Shown: positions 37,349-46,362, counted from the stretch's first letter. The stretch: DNA of 64,000 nucleotides from Gammaproteobacteria bacterium (GCA_036507635.1 DATCIQ010000327.1:19008-83007), one strand, 5' to 3'. The notes: generated by a model from the sequence alone, not told the origin. Numbers and translations: made by a program.

Positions 37349-37982
37349 GCCACACGCGGAAGTCGCGGATCTCAGCCGCACACAGCGAGTGCCCCATGTC
37401 GTAGGCCTTGAAAGTCACGTCGTAACCCAAGCTCGTGAGCCCGTCATACGAGGCGGCGGCGAGCGCCAACGGAATGACGGGGTCGGCGCTGCCGTGCGCC
37501 ATCCAGATCGGCGTGCCGCGATTAGCCGGGGCTCGTTCGGTCGCAAGCGTCTCGGCCAGCGGCAAGTAAGTGGACAGCGCAAGCACTCCGGCAAGCGGGC
37601 GCGTCTCGCGCAGCGCGGTAAAAAGCGCAATCGCTCCGCCTTGCGAGAAACCCGCAAGCACGAGACGCTGCGAGGCAATTCCGCGCGCCTCCTCGCGGTC
37701 GATGAGCTCGGCGACGGCGGTGGCGCTGGCGCGAATGCCTGGCCCGTCTTCCGGGCCCGCTCGTCCGAGCGCCAACAGGTCATACCAGGCGCGCATCGCC
37801 AAGCCGCCATTGATCGTGACCGGGCGCACCGGCGCATGCGGAAAGACGAAACGCACGGCGAACGGCAACTCGAGCTCCGGAACGAGCGGCTCGAAGTCGT
37901 GGCCGTCCGCACCGAGGCCGTGCAACCAAATGACCGCGGCTCGAGCATTGCGGCCCGTTTCGACTTCAACCGTAGCCAACAT
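37329..37982 (-). CDS. Carboxylesterase/phospholipase family alpha/beta hydrolase
   Basis: 217 aa with VIWLHGLGADGHDF, the nucleophile elbow GFSQGG, and Asp/His later (HGSADPVIP, MGHS). Confidence 0.85.
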   Translation of the reverse strand: MLATVEVETGRNARAAVIWLHGLGADGHDFEPLVPELELPFAVRFVFPHAPVRPVTINGGLAMRAWYDLLALGRAGPEDGPGIRASATAVAELIDREEARGIASQRLVLAGFSQGGAIALFTALRETRPLAGVLALSTYLPLAETLATERAPANRGTPIWMAHGSADPVIPLALAAASYDGLTSLGYDVTFKAYDMGHSLCAAEIRDFRVWLKGRLQ

Positions 37983-37996
37983 ATGCCCTTGTGTTC

Positions 37997-38035
37997 TTGC
38001 GCATACTGTGTATTATATGCGCAACTTTATGCAGC
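37997..38035. promoter_or_regulatory. Candidate ArgR operator (ARG-box-like inverted repeats)
   Basis: TTGCGCATA-N10-TATGCGCAA is a perfect 9-bp inverted repeat at 37997-38024. A third half-site-like TTTATGCAG lies at 38027-38035. The region is AT-rich and sits immediately upstream of argR and the arg operon. Confidence 0.45.
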
Positions 38036-38043
38036 TCTAACCG

Positions 38044-38511
38044 ATGCCGACCGCCACTGCCGAACAACAGCACGAGCGCCGCAAGGCGATCGCGCGCTTG
38101 CTGCACGAGCATGCCGTCACGCGGCAGTCCGAGCTCGTCGAGTTGCTGCGTGCGGCGGGTTTCCCCGCGACGCAATCGAGCGTGAGCCGTGACCTCAAAG
38201 ACTTGGGTGCCGCGAAGCTCAAAGACGGCTACAGCTTGCCGGACGACGGCGACGACGGCAATGCCAAATCGTTGCTCAACGTCGCTGAGTTCATTCGCGA
38301 CATTCGCGCGGCCGGCCCTAATTTGCTCGTCGTTACGACGGTCGTCGGCGCAGCGCAGCGCGTCGCCGTAACGCTCGATCGCATCAATTGGCCCGAAGTC
38401 GTCGGCACGCTGTCCGGCGACGACACGATTTTCATTGCGACGTCGAGCTCCACGCAGCAACGACGGCTGCGCGGGCGCCTCCGACAGAGTCTGAAAGGGA
38501 CCACGACATGA
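38044..38511 (+). CDS. argR: Arginine repressor
   Basis: The winged-helix N-terminus reads RKAIARLLHEHAVTRQSELVELLRAAGFPATQSSVSRDLKDLG. The C-terminal oligomerisation/arginine-binding domain reads GTLSGDDTIFI. Confidence 0.9.
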   Translation: MPTATAEQQHERRKAIARLLHEHAVTRQSELVELLRAAGFPATQSSVSRDLKDLGAAKLKDGYSLPDDGDDGNAKSLLNVAEFIRDIRAAGPNLLVVTTVVGAAQRVAVTLDRINWPEVVGTLSGDDTIFIATSSSTQQRRLRGRLRQSLKGTTT

Positions 38512-39719
38512 GCACAACTACCGATAATCCGATCGTCCTCGCTTTCTCGGGGGGGCTCGATACGTCCTTTTGCGTGCCCTGGCTCACGGAGACCTACCGG
38601 CGCCCCGTCGTCACGGCCACGGTCAATACGGGCGGGCTCGATGCCGCCGCGGAGCGCTCCTTGGACGAGCGAGCGCGCAAGCTCGGCGCCGTCGATCACC
38701 TCATCGTCGACGCGCGCGACGAGTTCTTCGATAGCGTGCTCAAGTTTCTCATCATGGGCAACGTGCGGCGCGGTCAGATGTACCCGCTCTGCGTCGGCGC
38801 GGAACGCAGCGTTCAGGCGCAGCACTTGGCGAGAATCGCGCGCCGCCTCGGTGCGAATACCGTCGCGCACGGCTGTACCGCGGCCGGCAACGATCAGATT
38901 CGCTTCGAGGTCATCTTGAAGACGCTCGCGCCGAATCTCGAGATTCTCGCGCCCGTCCGCGATCATGCGTGGGCGCGCGCCGACCAAGTCGCTTTCTTGG
39001 AGAAGCGCGGCCTGCCGATACCCGCACGGGGCTCCGCCTATTCGATCAACCGGGGCCTCTGGGGCGTCACGATCGGCGGCACGGAGACACTCGATTCCGC
39101 GGGCAGCATTCCCGAATCCGCGTGGGTGTTAAGCAGCGGCGCGTTCGACGCGCCGCGCCAACCTTTGGAGATCGAGATCGAGTTCGCTCAAGGAGTACCG
39201 GTTGCCATCGACGGTGAGAAGCTTCCGCCCGTCGCGCTTGTCGAGCGCCTCGAAAGCATCGGCGGAGTGTTCGCCATCGGCCGCGGCATTCATCTCGGCG
39301 ATACGATCCTCGGTACGAAGGGTCGCGTCGCGTTCGAGGCGCCGGCCGCGGAGATCCTGCTCCATGCGCACCGCGAGCTCGAGAAGCTCACGTTGACCGC
39401 CATACAGGCGCGCGTCAAAGAGCAGCTCGGTCATATTTATGGCGACCTCGTGCACGAGGGCAAGCAGCTCGATCCCGCCTGCGCGGACATCGAGGCGCTC
39501 TTGTCCTCTTCGCAACGGCGCGTCACGGGCACCGTGCGCTGCCAGCTTAGGCCCGGGAGTCTCTTCGTGCTCGGCGTGCGTTCGCCGCACTCGCTCATGG
39601 CCGCGAGCCGCGGCAAGTACGGCGAGTCCGCCGGCGAGTGGACGAGCGCGGACGCGATGGGTTTCTCACGCATCCTGTCCTTGCCGGGAATGCTGTATAC
39701 GCGAGCGGGGGGTACCTGA
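38508..39719 (+). CDS. argG: Argininosuccinate synthase
   Basis: The in-frame ATG at 38508 overlaps the argR stop. The product starts IVLAFSGGLDTSFCVPWL, the N-type ATP-PPase motif. Confidence 0.95.
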   Translation: MSTTTDNPIVLAFSGGLDTSFCVPWLTETYRRPVVTATVNTGGLDAAAERSLDERARKLGAVDHLIVDARDEFFDSVLKFLIMGNVRRGQMYPLCVGAERSVQAQHLARIARRLGANTVAHGCTAAGNDQIRFEVILKTLAPNLEILAPVRDHAWARADQVAFLEKRGLPIPARGSAYSINRGLWGVTIGGTETLDSAGSIPESAWVLSSGAFDAPRQPLEIEIEFAQGVPVAIDGEKLPPVALVERLESIGGVFAIGRGIHLGDTILGTKGRVAFEAPAAEILLHAHRELEKLTLTAIQARVKEQLGHIYGDLVHEGKQLDPACADIEALLSSSQRRVTGTVRCQLRPGSLFVLGVRSPHSLMAASRGKYGESAGEWTSADAMGFSRILSLPGMLYTRAGGT

Positions 39720-39720
39720 C

Positions 39721-40794
39721 ATGCGTTCCATCTTGGTCGACAAGATCGCATCCGTTGCGCTCGCGGCTGAGTTGCAGCACGAGATACGCGTGAGCGAGGA
39801 GATTCCGTGCGAGGAAGGCGTGCTCGTGGCCGTCGAGATTCTGACGAGCAAAGCGCACTACAACCAACTCGAGCTCACGAGCGGCCGCATGGCCCAGGTC
39901 AAACGCGGCGACGTCATCGTCGGCGCGCTCGGCCATCGCAAAGCCTTGTTCGGCTACTCGGGCCACTTGCCGGACCACCTCGAGCCGGGCGACGTCGTGC
40001 AGCTTCTGAACTTGGGCGGCGTGATCGGTATCTGCGACTCGATCAACCCGTCGCACGGGCCGCCCTTCGATTGCCGCGTGCTCGGCGTCGTGCTGGATTT
40101 TCCTTACCTCGGCCAGCGGGTCGGCGTGCCGGCGCGCGTCGCCGGGCGCGAGCTCGTCGCGCGCAAGGCGCTCATGTCGACGGGCGTGCCCGTGGTTGCG
40201 ATCGCCGGAACCTGCATGAACTCGGGTAAAACCGCTGCTGCGTGCGCGATCATCAGCCGCTTCCGGCACAACGGCCTCGTCGTGGATGCCTTCAAAGCCA
40301 CGGGCGTGGCGCTCAGGCGCGACATCCTGGCGATGGAGGACGCCGGCGCGCGCAATACGGAAATTTTCACCGACTACGGCGTCGTTGCGACGACGTCCGC
40401 GAACGCGCCTGATCTTGCACGCAATTTGTTGGCGGACGCCATGGGCAAGAAGCCGGATGTGATCGTTTTCGAGCTCGGCGACGGATTGCTCGGCGCTTAC
40501 GGCGTCGAAGCCATCCTGCACGACCCCGACATTCGCGCCCAGCTTCGCGCCGTCGTCTTGTGCGCCAACGATCCCGTAGCCGCCTGGGGCGGCGCGAAGC
40601 TTCTGCGCGAGGAGTTCGACATCGAACCGACGGTCATCGCGGGCCCCGCCACGGATAATCAGGTCGGCATCGATATCATCAAGAAACGCTCGAACCTGCC
40701 CGCCATCAACGCGATCTCGGCGGGTCCCGAGCTCGGCGACTTGCTGCAAACTTGCATCGGGCTCAGCGCGCGAAGCGCGAAGGCGGCCCCATGA
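39721..40794 (+). CDS. Uncharacterised two-domain protein with a BioD/CobQ/DUF1611-style P-loop, embedded in the arg operon
   Basis: 357 aa. It starts 1 nt after the argG stop, and its own stop overlaps the argC start (ATGA). An N-terminal beta-rich domain is followed by VVAIAGTCMNSGKTAAACAII (GTxxxxGKT) and a later VIVFELGDG (Walker-B-like). There is no match to ArgA, ArgJ or ArgE by eye. Confidence 0.65.
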   Translation: MRSILVDKIASVALAAELQHEIRVSEEIPCEEGVLVAVEILTSKAHYNQLELTSGRMAQVKRGDVIVGALGHRKALFGYSGHLPDHLEPGDVVQLLNLGGVIGICDSINPSHGPPFDCRVLGVVLDFPYLGQRVGVPARVAGRELVARKALMSTGVPVVAIAGTCMNSGKTAAACAIISRFRHNGLVVDAFKATGVALRRDILAMEDAGARNTEIFTDYGVVATTSANAPDLARNLLADAMGKKPDVIVFELGDGLLGAYGVEAILHDPDIRAQLRAVVLCANDPVAAWGGAKLLREEFDIEPTVIAGPATDNQVGIDIIKKRSNLPAINAISAGPELGDLLQTCIGLSARSAKAAP

Positions 40795-41852
40795 CCACGG
40801 ACTTTCCCGTCATCGTGCTCGGCGGCTCGGGTTACGTCGCCGGAGAGATGCTGCGGCTCATCGTCCAGCACCCGCGGCTTACGCTCGGAGCGGCCGTGTC
40901 GACGAGCCAAGTGGGCGAGCCCATCGCCGCGGCGTTTCCCCATTTGGCGCCCGTCTATCCGGACGCGAAATTCGTGTCCTTGGACGGCCTGCTCGAGCGG
41001 CTCGGCGATCACGAGCATTGGGTCGCGCTGTCGGCGGCCCCGCACGGTGTTTCCGCGGCGTTGGTCGATCAATTGCTCGAGGCAGCGGAAGGGGCCGGCA
41101 TTCGCCTGACCGTCGTCGACGCTTCGGCCGATTTTCGTTTCGCCGATGCCGCCCGCTTCGCCGAGGTTTACGGGCAGGCTCATCCTGCGCCGCAGCGGCT
41201 CGCGCAGTTCCGCTGCGCGGTCCCCGAGCACCTCGAACGCTTGGATACGCCGCATGCGGCGCACCCGGGTTGCTTCGCGACGGCGATGCTGCTCGGCATC
41301 GTGCCGCTGGTCCGCGCAGGTATCTGCACCAACACGTTCTACGTAAGCGCGGTGACAGGCAGCACGGGTGCGGGCCGCGCTCCGCGCGATACCACGCATC
41401 ACCCGTTCAGGCACGGCAACTTGTTCGCCTATCAGCCGCTCATACACCGCCACGACCCGGAGGTCCGCGCGCTGACTCGCGCCGCGACGGGCGCCGACGT
41501 GCGCTTGCGCTTCGTACCCCAGTCGGGACCGTTTGCGCGCGGCATTCATGCCACAATTTTTGCGGAGAAGGATTCGCGGTACAGCGCCGACGACGTGGAA
41601 GCGGCGCTCCGCGACTGCTATCGGGACTCGCGCTTCGTGCGCGTGCAGTCGTCGCCGCCGCGCGTGAAGGACGTCGCAGGCAGCAACTACGCGGCGCTCA
41701 GCGCCGACTTGAGCGGCGACACGGTCGTCGTCTGCGCGGTGCTCGACAATTTGCTCAAAGGCGCCGCCGGAGGAAGCATTCAGTGGGTCAATCGATTGCT
41801 CGGCCTGCCCGAAACGACGGGCCTCGAAGCGCCGACTGCGGGGTGGGTGTGA
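40791..41852 (+). CDS. argC: N-acyl-gamma-glutamyl-phosphate reductase
   Basis: MTTDFPVIVLGGSGYVAGEMLRL is followed by the active-site region HPGCFATA and a C-terminal DNLLKGAAG. Confidence 0.92.
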   Translation: MTTDFPVIVLGGSGYVAGEMLRLIVQHPRLTLGAAVSTSQVGEPIAAAFPHLAPVYPDAKFVSLDGLLERLGDHEHWVALSAAPHGVSAALVDQLLEAAEGAGIRLTVVDASADFRFADAARFAEVYGQAHPAPQRLAQFRCAVPEHLERLDTPHAAHPGCFATAMLLGIVPLVRAGICTNTFYVSAVTGSTGAGRAPRDTTHHPFRHGNLFAYQPLIHRHDPEVRALTRAATGADVRLRFVPQSGPFARGIHATIFAEKDSRYSADDVEAALRDCYRDSRFVRVQSSPPRVKDVAGSNYAALSADLSGDTVVVCAVLDNLLKGAAGGSIQWVNRLLGLPETTGLEAPTAGWV

Positions 41853-43018
41853 TGGACCGTCGAAATGGGAAGCTCGGGGCGCATCTAAGCGAGGTCTATT
41901 CGCTCCTGCCGTTCGAGCCTGTGCGCGGCGAGGGCGTGTACCTCTACGACAAGAGCGGACGCCGGGTCCTCGATCTCTACGGGGGGCATGCGGTCGTCGT
42001 GCTCGGCTACGGGCATCCGGAGCTCACGGCGGCCATCGCACGTCAAGCCCGCGAGATGGTGTTTCAAACCAACGCAGTGCCGCTCGCCGTCCGCGACGCG
42101 GCCGCAGAGAAGCTCGCCGATTTCGCGCCCGCCGCGCTCGAGCGCGTGTTCTTCGTCAACAGCGGCGCCGAAGCCAACGAGAACGCGCTGCGCATCGCGC
42201 TCAAGACGACGGGCCGGCCGAAGGTCGTCGCGCTCGAGCATAGCTTCCACGGCCGCACCGCCGCGGCGGCCGCCGCAAGCTGGGGGGCCGCCAAGAGCTG
42301 GTACGGTTTCCCGCGCTCGCCGATGGACGTCGTGTTCGTGCCTCGCGACGATGCCGCCGCGCTCGCCGCCGCCGTCGATCGCGAGACCGCTGCCGTGATC
42401 GTCGAGCCCGTGCAGGGACTCGCCGGCGCGTACGATCTGTCGCCTGCGTTTCTGCGTGGGGCTCTCGACGCGTGCGAGCGCGTCGGCGCGTTGTTGATTC
42501 TCGACGAAGTCCAGACCGGCATGGGGCGCCTCGGGCAACCGTTCGGCGCGCAACTCACCGGCGTCGTGCCGCACATTCTCACGACCGCAAAAGGTCTCGC
42601 GGGCGGATTCCCGGCCGGCGCCGTGCTCATGCGCCGCGAGATCGCCAAGGGCTTGCGCCCCGGCGAGCTCGGCACGACGTTCGGCGGCGGCCCGGTGGCA
42701 TGCGCGGCCATGTGCGCGACCATCGATGCGATTCGGCGCGATGACCTCTTGGCACGCGTTCGCGACGTGTCGGCCTATGTACGCAGCACCTGCGTAGTCG
42801 GTCCCGTCAAGAGCATTCACGGCGCGGGACTCTTGCTCGGCTTGCGCACGCAACCGCGCGCCGCAGCCGTGCGCGATGCTTTGCTCGAGCGCAACATTCT
42901 TACGGGAACGAGCGCGGATCCGAATGTGCTGCGCCTCCTGCCGCCGCTCATACTGGAACGACGACATATCGACGACTTGGCCAGCGCCTTGGGGGACCTT
43001 GCCGATGTATCGCTTTAA
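41852..43018 (+). CDS. argD: N-acyl-ornithine aminotransferase (class III PLP)
   Basis: The ATG at 41852 shares 1 nt with the argC stop (TGATG). Motifs include FVNSGAEANE, LILDEVQTGMGR and TFGG. Confidence 0.9.
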   Translation: MDRRNGKLGAHLSEVYSLLPFEPVRGEGVYLYDKSGRRVLDLYGGHAVVVLGYGHPELTAAIARQAREMVFQTNAVPLAVRDAAAEKLADFAPAALERVFFVNSGAEANENALRIALKTTGRPKVVALEHSFHGRTAAAAAASWGAAKSWYGFPRSPMDVVFVPRDDAAALAAAVDRETAAVIVEPVQGLAGAYDLSPAFLRGALDACERVGALLILDEVQTGMGRLGQPFGAQLTGVVPHILTTAKGLAGGFPAGAVLMRREIAKGLRPGELGTTFGGGPVACAAMCATIDAIRRDDLLARVRDVSAYVRSTCVVGPVKSIHGAGLLLGLRTQPRAAAVRDALLERNILTGTSADPNVLRLLPPLILERRHIDDLASALGDLADVSL

Positions 43019-44006
43019 CGACCTCGCCGATTTTTCCTTCGAAGAGATCACCGCGCTGCTCGACTTGGCGGCGCAGCTCGATCGCCGTCCCGAGCCTAGA
43101 GCGCTCGAGGGCAAGGTGCTCGCGCTGTTGTTTTTGAGCCCGTCGCTGCGCACGTTGTCCTCGTTCCAAGCCGGTATGGCGCGTCTCGGCGGCGGCGCTT
43201 TCGTGATCTCGCCCGACATGTCGATTCACGGGATCGAGACGCGGCCGGGAATCGTCATGGACGGGGCCGCGGCCGAGCACATTCGCGAGGCCGTGCCCGT
43301 GATCGCGTCCTACGGCGACGCGATCGGCATACGCGCGTTTGCGCAGCGGCGCAGCCTCGCCGACGACCTCGCGGACAAGGAGTTCGAGGAGCTCGCCGTG
43401 CTCGCCAACAAACCTCTGATCAACATGGAATCGGCGATCCAGCACCCTTGCCAGAGCCTCGCCGACTGGAAGACGCTCGATGACTTGTTGGTGCCGCGTC
43501 AAGGCGGGCGCTTCGTGTTGTCTTGGGCCTACCATCCGCGTCCGCTGCCGCTCGCGGTGCCCGCGGCCACCCTGCACATGGCGGCGATGCGCGGCATGGA
43601 CGTCGTTCTGCACCGTCCGCCCGGCTTCGAGCTGCCCGAGAGCATCATGCAGAAAGCGCGCCAAGCGGCCGACCTTTCGGGCGGCCAGATCATCGAGACG
43701 GCCGACCACCGCGAAGCGATGGAGGGTGCCCATATCATCTACGCGAAGTCGTGGACGTCGACCAAGTACTATGGCGATCAGCTCGGCGATCATTCACTGC
43801 GCGAGCCGCTCGTCGACTGGTGCGTGGACGAGCCGTGGTTTGCCAACGCGCGACCGGATTGCCGCTTCATGCACTGCTTGCCCGTGCGCCGCGGCGTCGT
43901 CGTCGCCGATCGCATACTCGACGGTCCGCGCAGCGTCGTGATTCACGAGGCGCGTAACCGCATGGTCGTGCAGATGGCCGTGCTTTATCGGATGTTGAAG
44001 GGGTGA
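43005..44006 (+). CDS. argF': N-acyl-L-ornithine carbamoyltransferase (ArgF'), sequence closer to the N-succinylornithine type
   Basis: MYRFNDL is followed by FLSPSLRTLSSF, IVMDGAAAEHI, HPCQSLAD, WAYHPRPLPLAVP and MHCLPVRRG. These are the hallmark blocks of the AOTCase/SOTCase family. Confidence 0.88.
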   Translation: MYRFNDLADFSFEEITALLDLAAQLDRRPEPRALEGKVLALLFLSPSLRTLSSFQAGMARLGGGAFVISPDMSIHGIETRPGIVMDGAAAEHIREAVPVIASYGDAIGIRAFAQRRSLADDLADKEFEELAVLANKPLINMESAIQHPCQSLADWKTLDDLLVPRQGGRFVLSWAYHPRPLPLAVPAATLHMAAMRGMDVVLHRPPGFELPESIMQKARQAADLSGGQIIETADHREAMEGAHIIYAKSWTSTKYYGDQLGDHSLREPLVDWCVDEPWFANARPDCRFMHCLPVRRGVVVADRILDGPRSVVIHEARNRMVVQMAVLYRMLKG

Positions 44007-44953
44007 ACGCGATGTCCCGGCTCACAGGCAACGAACGTGCGATCGTCGTAACGGCCTTGCGGCATGCAGCGCCGTATTTGCGTATGTTCAAGCGCAAGGT
44101 GTTCGTGCTCAAGGCCGGCGGCGAGGCGTTCACGTCGCGCGAGTCGGCGCGATCGCTCGTCGAGCAGATCGGCATCCTGCATCAAGTGGGTATCCGCGTC
44201 GTGCTCGTGCATGGCGGCGGTCCACAGGCGACGGAGCTCGCTGCCCGGCTCGGGCTCAAGACCCAATTCGTCGAGGGGCGGCGAGTGACCGACGAGCAGG
44301 CGTTGCATGTCGCGACGATGGTGCTGAACGGCGAGATCAATACGCGTATCGTTGCCGCCTGTCGCGAATTCGGCGTGCCTGCGGTGGGCTTGAGCGGCGT
44401 CGATGCGGGGTTGATCAGCGCCAAGCGGCGGCCGCCGGTCCCGCGTGATGGGTCAGCTGAGCCTATCGACTATGGGTTTGTCGGCGATATCGAAAGCGTC
44501 GACGCGAGCGTGCTCGTCAAGCAACTCGACAACGATCTCGTGCCGATCGTAAGCCCGCTGTCCGCCGACGACAAAGGCACGCTCCTCAACATCAATGCCG
44601 ACACCGTCGCGGCCGTGATCGCGGGCGCGGTCGGTGCCGAGAAGCTCATCATCGCGACGGGAGCGCCGGGAATCCTCGAGAACGTGGGCGACCCCCGCTC
44701 GCTGATCTCGTATATCGATCGCGCCGGGTTGAAAAGGCTGCGCGAGGAAGGCCGGCTCACGGACGGCATGCTGCCGAAGGTCGCCGCCATCGAGCGGGCG
44801 CTGGCCGCGGGCGTGCCGCGTGTGCACGTGATCTCGTACGCTTTGCCGGACAGTCTCCTGCTCGAGGTGTTTACGAACGAAGGCACGGGCACGCTCGTCG
44901 TCGACGACATCAAGCACTTGAGCCCGGCGGAGCAGCTCGGTCAGGATACCTGA
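44003..44953 (+). CDS. argB: N-acyl-glutamate kinase
   Basis: Motifs include VFVLKAGGEAF, VLVHGGGPQ and NINAD. The GTG at 44003 overlaps the argF' stop, and an alternative ATG lies at 44012. Confidence 0.92.
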   Translation: MNAMSRLTGNERAIVVTALRHAAPYLRMFKRKVFVLKAGGEAFTSRESARSLVEQIGILHQVGIRVVLVHGGGPQATELAARLGLKTQFVEGRRVTDEQALHVATMVLNGEINTRIVAACREFGVPAVGLSGVDAGLISAKRRPPVPRDGSAEPIDYGFVGDIESVDASVLVKQLDNDLVPIVSPLSADDKGTLLNINADTVAAVIAGAVGAEKLIIATGAPGILENVGDPRSLISYIDRAGLKRLREEGRLTDGMLPKVAAIERALAAGVPRVHVISYALPDSLLLEVFTNEGTGTLVVDDIKHLSPAEQLGQDT

Positions 44954-44962
44954 GTCAAAAGC

Positions 44963-46156
44963 ATGGCACGACTGTGGGACAAGGGCCTGCCGCTCGACGA
45001 GCGCATTTTGCGTTTCACGGCGGGAGAAGATCATCTCCTCGACGCGCGCCTCGTCGCTTACGACGTACGCGCATCGATCGCCCATGCCGAGATGCTCGCC
45101 GCGCAGGGGCTCTTGACGGCCGAAGACTCGGCCGCGATCTGCGCGGGTCTCGAGGCGCTCGGCGCGAGCCACACGGCCGGAGAGTGGTCGATCGCTCTCG
45201 ACGACGAAGATGCGCACGGGGCTCTCGAGCGGCGCCTCATGGAACGAATCGGTCCCGCCGGCGGACGCGTGCATCTCGGCCGCTCGCGCAACGACCAAGT
45301 GCTCGCGGCGCTCAGGCTTTACCTCAAAGACGCCGTTCGCGAGCTCGCGGATCTCGCCGGGCACGTCATCGACGCGCTCAACGAGCTCGCCGCGACACAG
45401 GGCGAGGTCCCGCTGCCGGGCTACACGCACATGCAGCCGGCCATGCCGAGCTCCGTCGACCTGTGGGCGTGCGGCTTCGCCGCCGAGATCGCCGACGACC
45501 GCGCCGGCCTCATGGCGGCTGTCCGGCGAGCGGATCTCAACCCGCTCGGCTCCGCGGCCGGCTATGGCGTGCCAGGCCTGCCGTTGGATCGCGAAGCCAC
45601 GCGGCGCGCGCTCGATTTCGCGGCCGTCCAGGAGCCCGTCACGGCCGTGCAGTTGAGTCGCGGCAAAGCCGAAGCGTCGCTGATCTTCGAGCTCGCCCTC
45701 CTCGTCGGCGATCTCGGCCGGTTGTCTTCGGACTTGATTCTCTTTTACACGGCGGAATACGCGTTCGTCTCGCTGCCGGACGAGATGACGACGGGCTCGT
45801 CGATCATGCCGCAAAAAAGAAATCCTGACATTTTCGAGCTGGTTCGCAGCGCACCCGCCACAGTGCATGGGGCGTTGGTGGAATCCCTCGCCATCACCGC
45901 CAAGCTTACTTCGGGATATCACCGCGATTTGCAGCGGCTCAAAGCGCCGTTGTTTCGGAGCATCGATTTGGCCGGCGCCTGCACGACCATCATGGCGCAC
46001 GCGCTCGCAGGCGTGCGGTTTCGTCCCGAGAACATCGAGCTCGGCGACGAGCTCTACGCCGCCGAACGCGCCAACGAGCTCGTGCTCAAAGAAGGTTTGC
46101 CGTTTCGCGAAGCTTACCGGAAGATTGCGGCCGGGCTCGCCAAGAGAAAGCGATGA
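44963..46156 (+). CDS. argH: Argininosuccinate lyase
   Basis: MARLWDKGLPLDERILRFTAGEDHLLDARLVAYDVRASIAHAEML is followed by GYTHMQPAMP and the fumarate-lyase signature GSSIMPQKRNPD. Confidence 0.93.
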   Translation: MARLWDKGLPLDERILRFTAGEDHLLDARLVAYDVRASIAHAEMLAAQGLLTAEDSAAICAGLEALGASHTAGEWSIALDDEDAHGALERRLMERIGPAGGRVHLGRSRNDQVLAALRLYLKDAVRELADLAGHVIDALNELAATQGEVPLPGYTHMQPAMPSSVDLWACGFAAEIADDRAGLMAAVRRADLNPLGSAAGYGVPGLPLDREATRRALDFAAVQEPVTAVQLSRGKAEASLIFELALLVGDLGRLSSDLILFYTAEYAFVSLPDEMTTGSSIMPQKRNPDIFELVRSAPATVHGALVESLAITAKLTSGYHRDLQRLKAPLFRSIDLAGACTTIMAHALAGVRFRPENIELGDELYAAERANELVLKEGLPFREAYRKIAAGLAKRKR

Positions 46157-46362
46157 GGTACCGCACCAACGCTCGCGGGACACGCTCGCGCTCGTCTGCC
46201 GCCGCGTTGAGCCTCGCGGTCGCGGCCGGACTCCTGCTCGTGTCGGGCTGCGGCCAGACAGGTCCGCTGACGCAGAGGGAGTCCGCGTCGGCGCCCCCGC
46301 CCGGCGCCGAGCCCGACGCGGACGACGCGGAAAACCGAGACGCACGGGAAGATGAGCGCTAA
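46153..46362 (+). CDS. Small lipoprotein, LptM/YifL-like
   Basis: 69 aa. The lipobox with conserved following motif, LLVSGCGQTGPL, resembles the GCGxKGPL of YifL-type lipopeptides. The tail is acidic and Pro-rich. The start overlaps the argH stop (ATGA) and the end overlaps the polA start. Confidence 0.55.
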   Translation: MRYRTNARGTRSRSSAAALSLAVAAGLLLVSGCGQTGPLTQRESASAPPPGAEPDADDAENRDAREDER

